A stretch of 58,834 nucleotides of DNA, counting the filler, from Sphacelaria rigidula (lineage: Eukaryota): NCBI GenBank assembly GCA_964200075.2. It is 5 parts of 5 records of this genome, joined end to end, with 100 filler letters (N's around TTAATTAATTAA, not from the genome) between each part and the next. Parts side by side here need not be neighbours in the genome. Positions count along the whole stretch, not along the records: positions 1 to 11,689 come from CAXNAA020004625.1; positions 11,790 to 23,478 come from CAXNAA020004626.1; 3 more parts are not named here. One strand, written 5' to 3'. The notes beneath the pieces were generated by a model that was not told where the DNA came from, searched no databases, and saw only the letters and a program-made list of their open reading frames with translations. Both the position numbers and the translations under genes were made by a program. Below, piece by piece: positions 1-11,859 of the stretch. Position 1 is the first letter of the stretch. Every line of letters starts with the position of its first letter.

Positions 1-1069
1 CAGACAGTATCAGTCTGCACCTGCCTGTAACGCGACATTGCCACCTTGCTGAACATCTTTCGGTTGTCCTGGGCCTAACATCCAGGAAAAGTTCGGAGCA
101 ATATACCCTTTCTATCCGATCCTTGAAGATCTCGAGTCCGCCTGAAAACGTACGTACGTTTTTTTCTATGTACCAGTCATATCTGCAAACAAAACCTTGT
201 TACCGCAACCGTATTTCTCGAGGCGCAGTATGCAAAGCCTGACAAGTGTCGCAAAGTTCACGAAGTTGTACTTCCTGAAAAGAAATGTGCATGCTGCATA
301 ATTAAAGCGTATGGCCACCATCATGCCAACGGCGGCGTACGTTATTTCCCCTCGCTGCCATCTTCTGCGTCATAACTCAACGTTCTGTATGGTGTGACAA
401 ACCGCTCCCGGCGTCGTTCATCACGGTCGAAAGCTGTTCTTAGGGTAAAAGCCGATAACATGCTTCCTCCCTCGTCCTGTTAGGGTGCCATGATGATCTC
501 TTGGGAAGTAGGATAAAACCATCAACCGCTAGTTCGTCCCAAATACGTGAGGTTCGTTACCTGCGAGGGAGACTGTGTTTCCTCAGTCTCAGACATTGTC
601 GAAAGACTGAATAAAGAGGTGTCTATCGAATTTCTTGAAACACATGGACACTTTTTTTCTTATTCTTTTCTGCGCAATGCCTTTCTCTCCTGAAGCCATG
701 CTGCAGAGGACGGTCATTTCCACTTCTAGTTACATTTAATATATATATATGTATATATACTTCCTAGCTCTTGTCGACTTCTCCCCTTCCCTTCTTCTGC
801 TTGGCTTTGCTTTTTGTTTTCGTCCTCGTTTTTGTTCTCGTTGTTCGGTTGAGACCTCGTTTTTCTATGTTTCTGTTTTTTCTCCCGCTTTTCTTATTCA
901 TCGAACATTTCCGCTTTGTTTTTGTTTTTGTTTTTGTTTTTGTTTTGTCTTCATTTTTTCAGCCAGGACTTCATTTTTCTACATACTTTATTTTGTCGTT
1001 TTTCTTGTTCAGCGAGCGTTTCCCTTTCGTTTTACCTTGCGGACGTCCATCTTGTGGACAATGACCACG

Positions 1070-1325
1070 GAGTAATGCTACGGTAGGGGTGCACAAATAT
1101 TTTCTGAGGTTAGAATTGTGAGGAGCCCTTTATCCCAACCAAAACACAACCTCTTAAGTATGTGAGAATACGTCAGGATTACAAATCCAATGTGCCAGGG
1201 ATATCCCGACTAAATTTGAGAACGAGGATGCCCCGGCCCATATCCTTGTGCATCTAGAGTCCTTAGAAGTCTCTATACCAGACAAAATTTCGCGCAAAAA
1301 GTGCACCCCTACCGTAGCATTGCTC
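1070..1325 (+). mobile_element. MITE with GAG...CTC termini and 4-bp TSD (Sola-like), copy 1
   Basis: TIRs GAGTAATGCTACGGTAGGGGTGCAC / GTGCACCCCTACCGTAGCATTGCTC; TSD CACG at 1066-1069 and 1326-1329. An uninterrupted AATGACCACGGCTGAGTT lies nearby at ~1348. Confidence 0.85.
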
Positions 1326-2529
1326 CACGGCTGAGTTCTTTCTGAATAATGACCACGGCTGAGTTACTCCGGGATCAGCTAAAGCGCGACACCAAGTCAG
1401 AGAAATCAATCACTCTTCGTACAATATTACCTTTATCAAGAAAAGAACGATGCAAATTTCGAAATAGTCGGCGGGGATGGGAACGCACGGCAGGGCGCCC
1501 TGACCTAGGCGCCTCCTCGTAAGCTTGTTCAGGGGTGAGTATACATGCTCCCCGTGCTTCCGCGCGGGGAGCAGAGGTAGAGAGGATACTCTCGATTATC
1601 AGCAGAGGGATCGCGGTCGATTTTCGCGCGTAGCTGTCTAACGACACTCAGGTGAGCTGACTCCATGGTAGTGTACGCCGTGACAGTAAGCCGTCACTAC
1701 CGCAATGATGCTCCCCGTATGAAACAAATGTGCCATGTAAAAGACTTTATATCGGAGATCGAGAACAGAGCAGCGCGTCACAGGGACCCACGAACAAAGT
1801 TGGGAACGGTGCATATCGTCAATCCTCTCAGGCGGTGAGTATAATGGATTGTTTATCATGGGGTCGTTTCGAGAGCACGCACTACTTCGTCCGCTCTGCT
1901 GCAGCGGCAAAATAGGAGGAGACTCCCGTTGCAGTATCAGCGTACCGTCTGTTTCTAAAAACTTGCCACATTTCAATGCTGCGTGAATACGCGAGGGATC
2001 GAGAGACGCCTCGAGTGCCCATGCCCATGTACGTACGCTGGATAAAAAAACGATTGCTTCTTAGATACACGAACGATGAACGACCGCATACTCGTGAACC
2101 GCGTTCCCTGTAATACCGGACAGGCAGGCAACATTTCACCTCGCAGGTCACCTGGTGGCTCTCGTCCCTGACGTCTGTGACAACAGCTGGACGAACAACA
2201 CGGTACCGTTGCGGTCGGAAGGGTACTCCGGGAGGATAGACGAACGGTTCCTCACATTCTCCGCCTTCGACGACTGCTACTCACTCTTCCACGAAAAACG
2301 TCACACTTCCTCTGTCCTATAAGTAAAGTCCGTCATGATCACACGGATCCTTAACCATGTCCGATGTCGTAGGGGATATTTGTTTTGAGATCTCCAGCTT
2401 CTTTTAGTTGTATCACTCGGGGTTTTTTCACTTGCGCAGCAGCCAGCGTGCGCGAACGGCTGATAAACGATCAGTCGGCCCAAAAATGGTCATATTTTGC
2501 CCCTTTTCCAAAACAGAGAAAAACCCTGG

Positions 2530-2788
2530 GAGCAATGCTACGGTAGGGGTGCACTTTCTTCGCGAAATTTTGTCTGGTTCAGGGGCTCATAACGATTCTA
2601 GACGCACAGGAATATGGGTCAAGGCATGCCCGTTTGCAGATTTATTCAGGATATATCCCCAACACATTGGAATAGTAATCCTGGCGTACTCTTGCATATT
2701 TTCATAAGTCGTGTTTTGGATGAGATAAAGGACTCCTAACAACCGTAACCTCATAAAATATGTGTGTACCTCTACCGTAGCATCATTC
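2530..2788 (-). mobile_element. Same Sola-like MITE family, copy 2 (inverted)
   Basis: TIR GAGCAATGCTACGGTAGGGGTGCAC; body similar to the reverse complement of copy 1; TSD CTGG at 2526-2529 and 2789-2792. Confidence 0.85.
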
Positions 2789-3603
2789 CTGGGGACTCGA
2801 AAAACGGCAAAACTCGCGAAAACGAACATAATCGGCTCTTTTTTCCGGTTCATCGCTGGCACACGATAGCTACGTCTTAGGGCCGAAACCACCTGTTTAC
2901 TTTGCAAACTTCACTTACTTCAAAACAAGCGAAATTCGGCGAAATTCGGCGAAAAATGTACAGATTGGACGGAATCTGGTCGAAATTTGGCCATGTTTGA
3001 TCCAACAATTCTGAGGTTGTAAGTCGATGATTAGTTTTTGTGTTTTTCAGTGACCATCTCCACAACTATGTAGTTTCAACGAACCTAATCATAACATCGT
3101 GAGCGCCTCCTTTGGCGAGGTACGGCCTATCCTCCAAAACGGACTTTACTTATGGGGTAGAGGAAGTATCTATTTCAGTCTCCCGACCGCCTGTATACAT
3201 CTGCTACAAGCATATATCATCAGTGAAAATATACTTTTGCTACTGCGTGCTGTACGCTTACAAGTACAGTAATTGCATCCACCGATCTAACATTTTGCCT
3301 CGAGAAAACATGGCGCGCTCTGTAGTAGTGTGCACTGTTGATTTTCTCATATTCTATCATAATTCATGTTCTTCGATGATACACGTGGGGACGCACACAA
3401 ATACGGTCAATCTTCATGATTTATCTACAGAATTCTCGCAGGCATTCCTACAACAATCCTTCAGGGCATCCGACCCGCGCTTCCGCCATCGTCCATTCTC
3501 ATACATATATCCCATGACTATCGTTCTCGCAATCTCTCTGTCGCCTATTGTCAATGAGAAAGTAATTTTCTTCAGAAGAGCACGCACTTGGATGGCAATG
3601 TAT

Positions 3604-3974
3604 CAAGGGTAGGTCGAGTAGTTTGTACTCAATTGCGGGGTATTTTGAAAGTCGTACTTCGAGTACTCAAATTGGGGTAGGGTGTGAGAATTCGTATCCA
3701 GTAGAGTAAACTCAATTGCGGGGTATTTTGAAAGTCGTACTTTAGGTACTCAAATTGGGGTAGGGTGTGAGAATTTGTACCCAGCAGAGTATACTCAATT
3801 GCGGGGTATTTTGAAAGTCGTACTTGAGGTACTCAAATTGGGGTGGGATGCGAAAAGCCATACCCAAAAAATAAGTGGAAAGCGACCCCTACCACCCTAC
3901 CAGTTTGTGTACCTTGAGTACGACGTTCAAAATCCCCCGCGATTGAGTATACCCTATTATTCGACCTGCCCTTG
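3604..3974. mobile_element. MITE with CAAGGG termini, 8-bp TSD and internal 83-bp tandem repeats (P- or hAT-type)
   Basis: TIRs CAAGGGTAGGTCGAGTA / TATTCGACCTGCCCTTG; TSD CAATGTAT on both sides. The unit ACTCAATTGCGGGGTATTTTGAAAGTCGTACTT starts at 3627, 3710 and 3793, with one inverted copy at ~3900-3950. Confidence 0.85.
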
Positions 3975-6210
3975 CAATGTATACATATAGCTACATGGGG
4001 TGGGCGGGCGGGGGGGGGGCGAGGGGGGGTCAGCTCACGTTTTCTCTAGGAGGTGCTCAGATTGTGATGAGCTGTGTTGACTGCAAAAAATAGCTGAAAT
4101 GCGTTGTCCTGTTGTTGTTACACAGGGGGGAAGAGAATGCGGGCGGTATTTCGCTTTGCCTTGGGAATCGTCACCTCTTGATAATACAGCCGCTTGCAAC
4201 GAATTGTGTACAGAGATCATACAAACACTGAGGTACAAGTATCACAAGTTGTTGATGTATTAAAGATGTACTGATTGCCACAAGTTGCCAGCAGTGTCTC
4301 CCCACGCTTTTGTACATTGCCCAGAGGTTCCGTCAACGTCACCTGTTAAGCTCGCGGAGATGGTACGGAAAAGGCTTCGATAAAGAAAACATCATCAACG
4401 AATGAACACGCGTTCTCCAGCGGAAAAAATCTTTGCCCAATACTTGTTGATAATGAGGTAGACATGGGCATAATTTTGACGTACGCAGTACCAGATCGTG
4501 ATTTATTACACACGAGTTAAGTGGCTATATTCGCCCTATCGTCCGGCCATTCACACGTTGAACTGTGTTGGCGGTTACCTGTATACATCACCCGTGTTTC
4601 GTGAAAGGCACCCCCCCCCCACCCCTAGATTTTAAGCATGTTTCAGCAAGTCTTGCTTCATCTTGTTGTCCTGTTGCGCAACCACGCAGACAGATCATTG
4701 GTTTATCAAAGTTACGAGAAAAGCAGGCTGAGTCAAATCTTCTACTTTTCGTTGAGTATACAAATAGTACAGTCGTTATTATGTGTGCTTCATACGTACG
4801 GTGTACACTGCGACAGAAAGCTGCGACGGAAGCAATTGATCTTCCACAGTGTACCTGCACTTTTCCAACGCTTACGAACGGTACCCACATTTTCGTGACA
4901 TGTGTACATGTATACGTCCCTACACATGATATGAACAGACTGCAGCTGCGGCAATCGTGCGGCAAGCCGAAAAATGCGTGCGGCCAACGAACTCACAATC
5001 TTTCAGATAATCTCTCCCTCCGTGTGCGCTGCAAACACACGGTGCGGTTGGTGATGATGTGTGCGGCGCGTTTGCTGCGCTTCCGTGGTCTTACGTGTTA
5101 TGAGTTCTTGTGTGTAGTCTGGGTGGCGCGCACCAGGGCTTCAAGCTTTCATGCGCCACGAAGCTCCGCTTGAAGCGCTCGGAATCTCACGATATTTTCG
5201 ACTTGCCTACTTGAGTTGAGGTCGGTGGTTGCTAGTCACGAAAACAAAGCACTAGTGTTGGTCCACCACCGCTCGATACATGCCTCTCGAGCAGCAACAG
5301 CAAGCACAAAACTGACGTTCAAGAAGAGAGGGGAGGACGTTTGCCTTGAACTTCAAAAACCAAGCAGCGAATCAACGCACGAAGTCTGTCGTTTGTATGT
5401 ACACGTGTACACCACCAAAGTACCTGCTGAAAACATTGGTGGCACGTTGGCATTCTGCGTTCGGTGGAGACAGCAGTCGATTGACCACACGGCAATGCGG
5501 TCCTTCATTATGAACTTGGACACAGCGCGCATCTGCCTGGTCGCTTATAGCTATGTGGTCGCTCTGACCGGTGATCGCCTCAGAGCAATCAATGCCCTCG
5601 TTGCTTCGGAGGGGGAGACCTCGGAAGTGGTGATTGGCTTAAGCACTATTAATCGCCACACGCACGTATGCACATTTGATTGTTGTTCCGAAGAGGGGGG
5701 TACATATGCGTGGTTCTTCAGCAGCCGTTGTGCCTCGATCCATCTCCGCACCCGTCTACGCTTTTGCATTTTGCTCTTGAACTATTATGCATGACGGTTG
5801 GCTGTCATACCCCAGGTACATTACCCCATATGTCTTGAGGAACTGCTGCAAGGATAAAATTCGTGGATAGTGGAAACGTGCCAACCTCTCACAGCCACAC
5901 ACAAAGAACTGTAGCCGGGCGTGTTGACAACGAATGATTGTCACAGCCAGTACGGACGAAAGGGAGTATCGCGTCTGTGAACTGTCTTTGTAACCCGTAT
6001 GGTCTGCTGCTGCTACTGCAATTTCAACAGTAGTGATATCTGTGAGTGTTGATATAGTTGAACAATAAAGAAGAGACAGAAAATGTTGCTTTTGAACTGC
6101 GTGCCTTGACCAGCTGATGTCTAGCACTTGACGTTGAACAGCAACCCGTCTTGCGTGCGTCGTGGCTGATCGACGGGTAGATGATACACGTACGTAAGGC
6201 ACACCCACTC

Positions 6211-6416
6211 TAATGCGTGGGAGGACCGCGTGCTTACAGGACCGCGTCATAGTTCTAAACACCCCGGGATCGACGTTTTTCGAAACCGATCGGGCCAGTC
6301 CCTACAAGGACGACGCCCCTGACCCCAACCCCAAACTAACCCCAACCCTAACCCTAACCACAGGGGTGTCTCAAATCCGATGCGGTCCTCTATGCACGCG
6401 GTCTCTCCACGCATTA
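6211..6416. mobile_element. MITE with ~35-bp TIRs, ~9-bp TSD and internal CCCTAA-like repeats
   Basis: TIRs TAATGCGTGGGAGGACCGCGTGC / GCACGCGGTCTCTCCACGCATTA; flanks CACCCACTC / CACCCACAC. Confidence 0.75.
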
Positions 6417-7912
6417 CACCCACACTACAAGTACATACTACAGTAACCAGCCTACCAGTAAGCTTTTCTTTCTCACTTCTCGTGTACGAATCACTTGCAA
6501 ACCCATTACCCTTATTGTTGATCGAGATTCGCCGACTCCCTCCCGCCCCGGACACACAAGGCCGCAAACTCTCTGTGATGTTGTTCCTGGTGGTGGTAGT
6601 GGTGGTGGCTTTCCCGTGATGATTGCCGGGCGTTTTCCTAGCCCCCAGTTCCTTTCTCTGTGGAAGGAGGTCGCTGTTCGCAATGTATTTACGTATTGTA
6701 GTGCGAAACAGCCGATGTTACCCTGTGACAGGGTTTTTCATCAGTATACTGTAGCAGCAGCGTATATCTATTTGCTTTCTGCACGCTTGGCGCACCACTT
6801 TTCCGTATGTGCCGTGTACAGGACAGCCGTGGAGATGACAAAAACTATCAGAGATATGCTTTTGTCGTGGGCAATGGTCATGGTACTAGTGGCATGGGAG
6901 CGATGAGAACGGATGGAGCCCCTTCCTTCTTTCCAGATGGTGTGATGCCGAGATTGTCCACCACAGACAGGGTGTGTTGTAGTTTACTTTTGCACGTGTT
7001 CTACATCGTGGATATCATGTTGCGCAAAAATCACCGAGGACAAAGTTAGAACATTCACATCGATCGACGATCGATCGTCGAATAGGGGAGTACATTATAA
7101 ACCTATTCATTCTATCAATCTAGCAGTCTTGAAGGTGACCGGCACAGCATCGTGACGTAAGTTCCATGGCAACACGGGGGTACATCACGGTACGAGATCA
7201 TAAATTAGGTCCGCGCTCGGAGTCCATCATGCCATGGCCCACTACTCTGGGCGTGTAAATATCTTGGTGACATTTCACTTCAGGGGCACGTACAAAAATA
7301 TATGTTACAGTCTCTGGCATTTCCCGAAAAAAGTAGGTGCTGCATGTAATCCATGCGTATCCTGCCACCCCCCTCCCCCAAATTACGCTCCTCCCTCTCC
7401 CTGTCCCCAGCCCCTCTTGCAGAGATGGTGATACCGCGTCAAGCCCCAGCCCCTGCACTCAAATTTCTAGTCGATTTCTTGACATGCGGCGAGATTCCTG
7501 ACGGCCCAGGAGTGCGAGTTTGGCGGTTTCAGAAATAAGCAACAAATGATTTGATTTGTCCGTTTTTCCCAGAAAATTTCGTGTGCCTACCATGTGCCAA
7601 ACATCTGGCACACGCCACACGCCCTTGCATACCCCGCCCGCAGCCCACGCGAAACCGGCACCCGCTCTAGCATATCAACAATACTACCACTGTCTTTCAC
7701 TCATAGACCTGACCTCGCCACAGAACACGATAACCAAGCAAGGAGCGGCGTGCTACAGTTACTACTTGGGCATCTGTCTTCATCACATCAACCGGTACAG
7801 AGCTACCCCGGCGTTTTGCCGAGCCGATCTGCGAATCCGATCTTCTTCGGCCTGCCGGGGTACAACTGTCGTTTGTTTTGTAAAAGATCTTTTTGCAAGG
7901 CATTTATCCAGG

Positions 7913-10803
7913 ATGCGTGTTTCACCGGCCCTAATGCTGGTGTGGTGGTCCACGCACCATTATATCACCAATGGACTACTAGCCGCGACACCAAAAATGT
8001 CGCTTAGGATGGTCACGCAGCCCAACATCAACCACCATCGTAGCCTTAGACAACACAACAAAAAGAACAAATGGACCAGCAGCGTATGGGACGGTCATCT
8101 AGAATTAGCCATTGCCGCGCACCAGACGAAGTGCTGGAGCGTAGTTAGGTTGCTGTGCCGCCGTGTGATATCGAGAGCAGATGATTGGAGCGCGGTGGAG
8201 CAGGCCTACTTGAGGCTAGCGCTTGCAGAGCAAAAGGGCGAAGGCGTAAATACAGCGCGACGAGTGTTTCAGGTATTTGAAGTTCGTTGCACTGCGCACT
8301 GTACCTTTTGTACAACGTGTACAATGTTGCAGCAAGAAAAGCAGTTTGTGTACGTAATGTACCACCCCCTTCCGTTGCGGGACATACGCTCCCAACCTCG
8401 ATTTCATCGACAGCTATGGTGGTCTGTAGTGACATAAAACTCGCATTGTGATAAAGTTTTACTAAGGATTTGCAAAATTGCGTGGGTTCTTGCTAGTGCT
8501 GCGGCGTCTTTTATTTTGAGAAAATCGAAGACAAAACCGCCTCTACTTTTCTCTTTCGCTGTTTTTGTGTGACGGTTGTTCCGCAAGAAACCACGGCTCG
8601 TTTTCCCCCATATGCGGTATATCCTTTTAACGTCGGGGTGGCAGCTGCTCGTGTTTCCTTCCAATAGAAATGGAGCATACAGATATGAGACAGTTATGCT
8701 GTTATTATTCTCCGCTGTCCTCAACATCTCGGCATCGTGCGATCACGTGCGCACGCAGCGGTGGTGGTACGGACTTTGGTGTAGCTGGCTCACCAGTCGC
8801 ATCCAGTATACAAACCACAAATACTTTGTATCTTGTTTTTTGGGGGTCTGTGGCAGAGGGGGCTTTTACCGGCGCGTGCCCTCCAGAGCGTGCCTGTTTT
8901 TTGCCTCCTTTCTTTTTATTCTGGTTGCCGATGTGCCGAGATGGACAAGCGGGGGGAGCGGCCATCCCCGTGAACCGAGGTTTCTTGAGGTGACTGCGGC
9001 CGCTTCTCGTGTATTTTGTGATGATCTTTTGCACCTCACAGTAGAGGTCCATCACCAGCTGCCGTACTGTGCTGTCCCTGTCCCGTTGCCGGGAACGCAT
9101 ACATGGATTTTCGATCATGTAATGCAGTCAATTGTTAGCCCTTTGACCGCAAGATGGGGCCATCTGTTGAATCAGCATGAATTTCACTCGCAACATTACT
9201 GCATGGCCAGATGGCCTACCCTCGCGGTCAAAGCGCTAAAACACTCATCATGACATTCGGCCGTTACACCGTCTGAAATTGCAGAGTCAGGTTTGCCAGG
9301 TGACCAAGAGGTAACCAACAATTTATGCAGTGCCATTTACACACAGTTGATAATTCGATCCACCCTTCGACAACGAGGGTAGTCTATATCTGGATCATGC
9401 ATACCGTTTTCAAGGGAATTTGGTGCCGCTTCAACAGATGACCTACTCTCGCTGTCTTGGGGTCAAGGCAGGCCCACGAGTCGGATATTGGAGTCCTTGC
9501 ATCGTTTCTTTCAAAATTGTGTACACGATGGCCCCGATTCGAGTGATCAGTATTATTAATATTATCTTGAGCACGCAGTTTTGCGACGCGCACGGCGACT
9601 GAACTACACAGTGCGAAACGAACAATCATCGACCGAGGTTGGCCCTTCGACGGCGAGTGTAGGCAATCTGTGTTGAATCGGCATCAATTTCACTTGCAAA
9701 GAAGAAAAGTATGCATGATTCAGGCCGTGTCTTATCAAATTGCTTTCGACTCGAAAACGTACGGTGGAATCGAATTCGCTCGTTTCTGATTCGTCCACAC
9801 TCTTCATTTTCTCAGATGGTTGAGAACATGGATGTCGTTGACGTATCAGGCAAGAGCAAATTCGATTCCACCGTACGTTTTCGAGTCGAAAACATTTGAT
9901 AAGACACGGCCTCAGATGGACTACCCTCGCGGTCTAATGAGGCTTAATTTTTTGTGGTTCCATGTCCACATATATATGTACCGTAGGACTTGAAAATGTG
10001 TCACGCTTTGACTATGTGTGTCGGCCCGGAACAGTCTCATCCACTGACACTCCCGGGATTGGAAGGAAGGCCGATGAGGATTCCCAGATCAACCCTGCGT
10101 GTTTCCAGGAAATTCTAAGGTCGAGAGGCAAACCCAGAAGCGGGAAGGTAACAATTTCGATGGTTTCGATTCCGTCAAAAGGTTAAAAAATCGCAACACC
10201 GAACGACCTACTGAAAAAATGACCATATATATATAATATATATATGCAGTCAAGCTCGCACCCATATCGCAAGTTTTTCGTTGCTCGTGTCTTTCATGCA
10301 TACCGTAATCAGCTGTCCAAACTCGAGAAATTCCCGGAACTGTTGTGTACTCAAGCTATATCCATTCTCCCTTGTACCACGCGCTCTTTGATGCAACTCA
10401 AGAGCGTGCACGATGCACTCGCCTGCCCCCGTTCCCTCCTCCCACCCCCCACCCCCCACTCCCCACCCTGAAAACAAAACAGGAAGGAACGGCGGCCTGC
10501 TCGAGCTCCGACACCCTCTTGATGGCGTGGGCCCTTATGGAGAGCAAGGCTCGTGACGAGCGTTCCCGGAAAGTGTCGCGGGCCCTGCTACGCCGTGCCA
10601 TCGCGCTTAACCCCAGGCGACACGCCTCTGTGCTAGCGTGGAAGGTGTTCATGGAGGGGAAAGAGGCTGGGGAGGCTGCGGTCGAGGCGGTGCGTTCGGC
10701 GGTGCCAACTAGGGATAACATCAGGGACGGCGTCGGCATGAAAAACAACGGCCAGGTGGTAGGGTCGAAATCTTCCGCAAGTACTACTCCTGCTGACATG
10801 ACG
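7913..10803 (+). CDS. HAT/TPR-repeat protein, 5' part (exons 7913-8272 and 10483-10803); no further exon seen before the contig ends
   Basis: Phase-0 GT-AG splice joins ...AVEQAYLRLALAEQKGEGVNTARRVFQ|EGTAACSSSDTLLMAWALMESKARDERSRKVSRALLRRAIALNPRRHASVLAWKVF, which matches the half-a-TPR pattern (AW..ME...AR.LF.RA...P). Exon 2 ends at an ACG|GTGAGT donor. The N-terminus is hydrophobic. Confidence 0.7.
9369..9934. mobile_element. Outer MITE in intron 1 of the HAT gene, carrying a nested insertion
   Basis: Left end GACAACGAGGGTAGTCTATATCTGGATCATGCATAC pairs with right end GTATGCATGATT[insert]CAGATGGACTACCCTCGCGGTC. No TSD is evident. Confidence 0.6.
9723..9911. mobile_element. PIF/Harbinger-type foldback MITE (3-bp TSD TCA)
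   Basis: ~60-bp TIRs beginning GGCCGTGTCTTATCAAAT; TCA on both flanks. Confidence 0.8.
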
Positions 10804-10829
10804 GTGAGTTGTTGCTCCTTGTCCACGAA

Positions 10830-11614
10830 GAAAATATACGAGATATTCCGACGTTATACTGCGAAGATCCAAAATCTCATGTCACGAATTCGTTTATTTG
10901 GCTGTTGAAGTTATTTTACACTTCCTCGAGTTGTCGCACACCGTTGCCTATAGTTTCCGTGTGTTTTTAGATCACTTGTTATGCGGGCAAATCTGCACTT
11001 GCACAAACCTGGGGATTTCACCTGTTCATGCAAGCAATTTCCTCCCGCGGATTGAGTTTTCGGACCCTAGTCCGTTGGCCATTGTTTCTCGGCTAGCTGT
11101 GGGAAAACCAGATCCATTTTTTGGATTCTCTTGGCGTTGACTTTCGGTATGTCACCTTTCTGCTCAAACCGAGACAGTCCCCAATATGCGTGTAAAAAAA
11201 AAATGGAATGCAGATCTGTTTTCTGTACGCGAATATTGGGGGGTGTCTCGATTTGAGCAGAAACGTGTCAGTCAACGCCCAGAGAACAAAAAAAATGATA
11301 TGATTTTTTCAGAGCTAGCCGAAAAAGATTACCCAACGGACTGGAGTCCGAATACTTGGTCATCGTGAGGAAATCGCTTGCATGACATGCTGAAATCGCC
11401 AGATTCGTGCAAGGACAAATTTGTGACCATAAAAGGTGGTCCAATTTACGATATGCATCCTGTGCCATATTTTCAACGCTCGTGTTGAGCATTTTTCTGT
11501 CATTTGCGTGCACGACTTGACTGCACACGGCAGAATGCACCGGCTGTTGACCCTCAATATCCACATATTTTTACATCGACCCCGCTACTTCGTTTCGGAA
11601 AATATATATATTTT
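10830..11614. mobile_element. Diverged foldback element
   Basis: 10970-11125 is an imperfect inverted repeat of 11285-11445; outer limits are approximate. Confidence 0.55.
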
Positions 11615-11689
11615 CTGTAACTTGCGGTTGATGTGGGGGGGGGGGGGGGTCTTTACTTTTTTGTTTTTTCCTTTTCTCTTTTTCTATTA

Positions 11690-11789
11690 NNNNNNNNNNN
11701 NNNNNNNNNNNNNNNNNNNNNNNNNNNNNNNNNTTAATTAATTAANNNNNNNNNNNNNNNNNNNNNNNNNNNNNNNNNNNNNNNNNNNN
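11690..11789. other. Artificial contig-join linker (N44-TTAATTAATTAA-N44)
   Basis: 100-bp N run with a central TTAATTAATTAA, which gives stops in all six frames. Confidence 0.97.
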
Positions 11790-11859
11790 CCCAGACTTGT
11801 TTATTATTATTTTACTAACACGTCGTTCACGACGTGTTAGTGAGCTTCAGTCCCAAAAG

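Noticed and set aside
749..1075. Hydrophobic Phe/Val/Cys-rich ORFs
   Set aside because: These are translations of T-rich low-complexity (GTTTTT)n sequence.
3627..3850. CRISPR-like periodic repeat (also 42720-42990)
   Set aside because: The intervening sequences are near-identical rather than unique spacers, the context is eukaryotic, and there are no cas genes.
11734..11745. Recurrent TTAATTAATTAA palindrome with ~11.79-kb periodicity
   Set aside because: It is embedded in N runs and is an assembly spacer, not a biological site.
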